From an uncultured Chloroflexia bacterium (GTDB lineage: Bacteria; Chloroflexota; Limnocylindria; Limnocylindrales; CSP1-4), in NCBI GenBank assembly GCA_963735865.1, contig CAVTML010000001.1:313023-377022 (forward strand): DNA of 64,000 nucleotides, given 5' to 3'. Below are positions 60,621 through 64,000 of this stretch, one piece after another. Under the pieces are notes generated by a model. It was given only the letters and a program-made list of their open reading frames with translations, made no database searches and had not been told where the DNA came from. The position numbers and the translations under genes were made by a program. Position 1 is the first letter of the stretch, and each line of letters begins with the position of its first letter.

Positions 60621-60674
60621 CTGGCGGACCTCCGAAGTGGACGGCACAGCTGGGTGGGCCCGACTGCAGTGGGG

Positions 60675-60911
60675 CTACTGGCTCAGCCAGAGGGCGATGT
60701 CGCCGGCCGAGGGGATCCGGCCGTAGCTCACGACCTTGCCGTCGATGACCAGGCCGGGCGTGCTCATGATCCCGTAGGCCAGGATCTGGCCGTAGTCGGT
60801 GACCTTGACGACCTCGGCCTCCACACCGGCCATGGCGACCGCCTCATGGGCGACCCGCTCGAGACGGATGCAGTTGGCGCAGCCGGATCCGAGGACTTCG
60901 ATCTTCTTCAT
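60675..60911 (-). CDS. Small redox-active disulfide protein (MTH895-type thioredoxin family)
   Basis: IEVLGSGCANC...YGIMSTPGLVIDGKVV...GRIP; AAGGAG RBS. Confidence 0.9.
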   Translation of the reverse strand: MKKIEVLGSGCANCIRLERVAHEAVAMAGVEAEVVKVTDYGQILAYGIMSTPGLVIDGKVVSYGRIPSAGDIALWLSQ

Positions 60912-60936
60912 GGTGATGACTCCTTCGTTGGGTGGC

Positions 60937-61982
60937 TCAGGCGATCAGGAAGTTGAACAGGTAGCCGATGAAGAGGACGCCGATCGTCACCACCGTGGCG
61001 AAGACCGCGATGAGCGGCCAGCGGATGACGCGGCGCAGGATGATGAACTCGGGCAGGCTGATGGCCGTGATGGCCATCATGAAAGCGAGGGTGGTCCCCA
61101 ACGGCATGCCCTTGCCGAGGAGGGCCTGGACGATGGGGATCGTGCCCGCGGCGTTCGAGTAGAGCGGCAGGGCGATCAGCACGACGATCGGGACGGCGAA
61201 TGGGTTGGAGCGGCCGCCGATGGCGGCCACGAGGTCCGTCGGGCGCATAGCCGTGGATCAGCGCGCCGATGCCGATGCCGATCAGCACGTAGGGCAGGAT
61301 GCGCCGCACGAGGTCCCTGGTGTACGCCCACGCATCGTGGATGCGGTCTTCCCAGGTGAGATGGATCTCGATCGCCGCCCCGCCCTTGCCCTGCAGGGCC
61401 CAGACGTAGTCCTCGACGAAGCGCTCCATGTGCAGCTTGCCGATGACGAGCCCGCCGACCATCGCCACGGTCAGCCCGGCGGCCATGTAGACGAGCGCGA
61501 TGCCGGGTCCGAACAGGCCCCACAGCAGGACCAGCGCGACCTCGTTGACCATCGGCGAGCTGATGAGGAAGGCGAAGGTGACGCCGAGCGGGATGCCGGC
61601 CTCCACGAAGCCGATGAAGAGCGGCACGGCGGAGCAGGAGCAGAACGGGCGTCACGATGCCGAACGAGGCCGCCGCCGCGGTGCCGGTCAGGCGGCCACG
61701 GCCGGCGAGCGCCGCCCGGACGCGCTCGGGCGGGAAGAAGCCGCGGATCAGCGTGACGACCGTGATGATGCCCAGGAGCAGCAGCAGGACCTTGGGCACG
61801 TCGAGCAGGAAGAAGGCGACGGCCTCGCCAAGGTGGGATCCCCGCTCGAGCCCGAGCGCCGTGAAGGCCAACCAGTCCGCCAGCGGCGCCTCGGCGAACC
61901 AGGCCACGAGCCAGGCGCCGACCGCGCCCCAGAACATCAGCCAGAACGGCATCCGAGTCCGCGGCAGGCTGAGCGCCGTCAT
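60937..61982 (-). CDS. ArsP/DUF318 family permease, frameshifted
   Basis: FCSCS region, GVTFAFLISSPMVNEV, PLYSNAAG, SLPEF. Confidence 0.88.
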
Positions 61983-62317
61983 CCCAGGAGCCCGCCGAGC
62001 ATGCGGGCGGCCGCCTGACAGGCCGTCTCGTCACGCTCGTAGTAGACCCAGCGGGCGTCGACCCGATGCCGGCTCGCCCGGACGAGCCCCGCCGCGCGGA
62101 GTCGCGCGAGGTGGTTCGACACGTTGTTCTGCTGTTCCCCGAGCGCGCCGGCCATCTCGCAGACGCAATGCGGGCCGTCGGCGAGGAGGCGCAGGATCCC
62201 GGCCCGCGTCCGGTCACCGATCAGGGCCGCGATGGCCACAACGTCGTCGACGACGGGGGTTGGCAGATCGAAGCGGAGCCCAGGGACGACGGGCAACTCG
62301 CGGGTGATGGTCGGCAT
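61979..62317 (-). CDS. ArsR family repressor
   Basis: GPHCVCEM, VSNHLARLRAAGLV, WVYY; start uncertain. Confidence 0.85.
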   Translation of the reverse strand: MPTITRELPVVPGLRFDLPTPVVDDVVAIAALIGDRTRAGILRLLADGPHCVCEMAGALGEQQNNVSNHLARLRAAGLVRASRHRVDARWVYYERDETACQAAARMLGGLLG

Positions 62318-62397
62318 CTCACGGAGAACTGTGTCATTCAGGGATGAGATGTCATAGGGCCGCCCGACACCCCGTCGGGGGCCGAATGTCCTCCCGG

Positions 62398-62456
62398 CGT
62401 CACGCCCTGTTAACGCGGGCACCGGGGCCGGCAACGGACCGTTCACACAGGTCCGC
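62398..62456 (+). promoter_or_regulatory. Possible PHO-box direct repeats upstream of pstS
   Basis: CGTCAC/GTTAAC (62398/62409) and GGCAAC/GTTCAC (62430/62441) at 11-nt spacing, resembling actinobacterial PhoP GTTCAC units. Confidence 0.5.
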
Positions 62457-62519
62457 CAGTCTCGCGTCGGACACAGACGTACTCGTGTCAATCACGCATG
62501 CCCTGAGGAGACGCATCAC

Positions 62520-63731
62520 GTGATCACGTTCACTCGCGCCGGCCGGATCGGCGCCATGACCCTTGCGGTGCTCCTGGCTGCGGCCGCGTGCAGCAGCGGT
62601 GCCACCGCCACCCCGACGCCGGCCCCGACCGGGACGCCCGCCGCCGCGACCGCCACGCCCGCCGAGTCGATGGCTGAGAGCCCGAGCGCGTCCGCGGCCG
62701 CGGTCACCTATCGGTGCTCCAAGGGTGACGGCCAGCTCAACGGCGCTGGCTCCACGTTCATCAACCCGCTGCTGACCAAGATGGCGGGTGACTACCTCGC
62801 CAAATGCGGCGTGCAGATCAACTATCAGTCCATCGGCTCCGGCGGCGGCGTCAAGGCCTGGCAGCAGAACACCGTGGACTTCGGCGCATCCGACGCGTAT
62901 CTCGCCGACTCCGAGATCTCCACGGCCGCGGCCAACGGCACGCCCGTCGAGATCCCGACCACGTTTGGTGCGGTGGTCGTCGCCTACAACCTGACCGGGC
63001 TTTCCGGGGCGATCAAGATGACGCCCGACATCATCGCCAACATCTTCCTGGGCAAGATCACGACCTGGAACGATCCAGCTCTGACGGCCGCGAATCCTGG
63101 CCTCAGTCTGCCCAGTACCGCGATCAGCGTGGTCCATCGCTCCGATGGGTCGGGTACGACCAGCATCTTCACCAAGTACCTGACCGCGGTCAGCCCGGAC
63201 TGGGTCACCAACGTCGGCGGCGGCGACAAGACCAAGTCCGCCGGCAAGACGGTCGCCTGGCCGGTCGGGCAGGGCGCTAGCGGCAATGAGGGCGTCACCC
63301 AGGGCGTCAAGGGGACCGACGGCGGCGTGGGCTACATCGACGTGGCATACGCGATCCAGAACAAGATCCCGTTCGCCGACGTCCAGAACTCCAGCGGCAA
63401 CTACATCACCGCGTCGCTCGACTCCATCGCTCAGGCCGCCAACCTGCCGTCGTATCCGCCCGACCTCCGCTTCGACCTTGTGAACTCCGCTTCACCGCAG
63501 GGCTATCCGATCGCAGGCACGACATGGATCATCGTCTACCAGGATCTGTCGAAGGTCCTGAAGAGCCAGGACCAGGCGAACTCCCTGGTCGACTTCATCT
63601 GGTGGGCCATCCATGCCGGTCAGGCCGACTCGGCGCCCCTGATCTACGGTGCCCTGCCGCCCAACCTGGTCGCCCAGGACGAAGCCGCCGTGCGCTCGAT
63701 CAACTGGGCCGGCACTCCCCTCCTGCCATAG
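62520..63731 (+). CDS. pstS: Phosphate ABC transporter substrate-binding lipoprotein
   Basis: Lipobox AAAC, GAGSTF, YQSIGSGGG, DFGASD, HRSDGSGTT, GNEGV, YPI. Confidence 0.96.
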   Translation: MITFTRAGRIGAMTLAVLLAAAACSSGATATPTPAPTGTPAAATATPAESMAESPSASAAAVTYRCSKGDGQLNGAGSTFINPLLTKMAGDYLAKCGVQINYQSIGSGGGVKAWQQNTVDFGASDAYLADSEISTAAANGTPVEIPTTFGAVVVAYNLTGLSGAIKMTPDIIANIFLGKITTWNDPALTAANPGLSLPSTAISVVHRSDGSGTTSIFTKYLTAVSPDWVTNVGGGDKTKSAGKTVAWPVGQGASGNEGVTQGVKGTDGGVGYIDVAYAIQNKIPFADVQNSSGNYITASLDSIAQAANLPSYPPDLRFDLVNSASPQGYPIAGTTWIIVYQDLSKVLKSQDQANSLVDFIWWAIHAGQADSAPLIYGALPPNLVAQDEAAVRSINWAGTPLLP

Positions 63732-63749
63732 CCATTGCAGCATCAGCTC

Positions 63750-63783
63750 GACGCCCCGGGGATGAGGCCATCCCCGGGGCGTC
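63750..63783 (+). terminator. Perfect 15-bp stem-loop between pstS and pstC
   Basis: GACGCCCCGGGGATG-AGGC-CATCCCCGGGGCGTC; no U-tract, so possibly an mRNA stabiliser. Confidence 0.65.
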
Positions 63784-63813
63784 GTCAATCTGTCAGAGTG
63801 GATGGCCTGCTAG

Positions 63814-64000
63814 ATGACTGACTCGGCTGGCTCGCCCGACGCCACGGAAACGGTGGATCGGATCGGCTTGCGCCGTCGCCGCTGGACGGGGGACCTGACC
63901 TTCCGCGGCGTGCTCGCCGCGCTCGCCGTTGGGACCACCCTGGTCCTTGGCTTCATGATGGTCGGTAGCTTCGTCACCGCCGCGCCCGTCTACGAGAAGT
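63814..64000 (+). CDS. pstC: Probable phosphate ABC permease PstC, N-terminus only
   Basis: Open frame MTDSAG...GDLTFRGVLAALAVGTTLVLGFMM running to the window end, directly after pstS. Confidence 0.7.
   Translation, partial: MTDSAGSPDATETVDRIGLRRRRWTGDLTFRGVLAALAVGTTLVLGFMMVGSFVTAAPVYEK

Overview
Very GC-rich bacterial chromosomal segment. The gene repertoire (F420 enzymes, widespread leaderless genes, Thr/Pro/Ala-rich lipoprotein linkers) suggests a soil or freshwater Chloroflexota or actinobacterium-like organism; this is inference only. In order: an osmoprotectant ABC transporter; an EAL protein; an F420 cluster (PPOX, two LLMs, cofD-cofC-cofE); trxB; a membrane spermidine-synthase-like gene, ABC exporter and Fur-family regulator; a ROK-regulated sugar ABC/GH3/GH1 locus; msrA; a citrate synthase; a copper/nickel cluster (CopA-YHS, NiCoT, CopCD, cytochrome c); a DoxX-Rieske fusion; deoC with two aldehyde dehydrogenases; ppk1 with a CYTH-CHAD gene; an arsenic cluster; and pstS-pstC. 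Many genes at about 20.5-27.2, 30.7-34.9 and 53.9-61.7 kb carry single-base frameshifts, most likely read or assembly errors. No rRNA, tRNA, CRISPR array or transposase was seen. The most notable unexplained signal is non-coding: three copies of a 149-150 bp intergenic element built from three 50-bp modules, with conserved boxes at fixed spacing and divergent spacers. Also notable are a 22-bp hairpin repeat bracketing an XRE gene that sits inside the deoC-aldehyde dehydrogenase cluster, and two further 170-180 bp elements with terminal inverted repeats.
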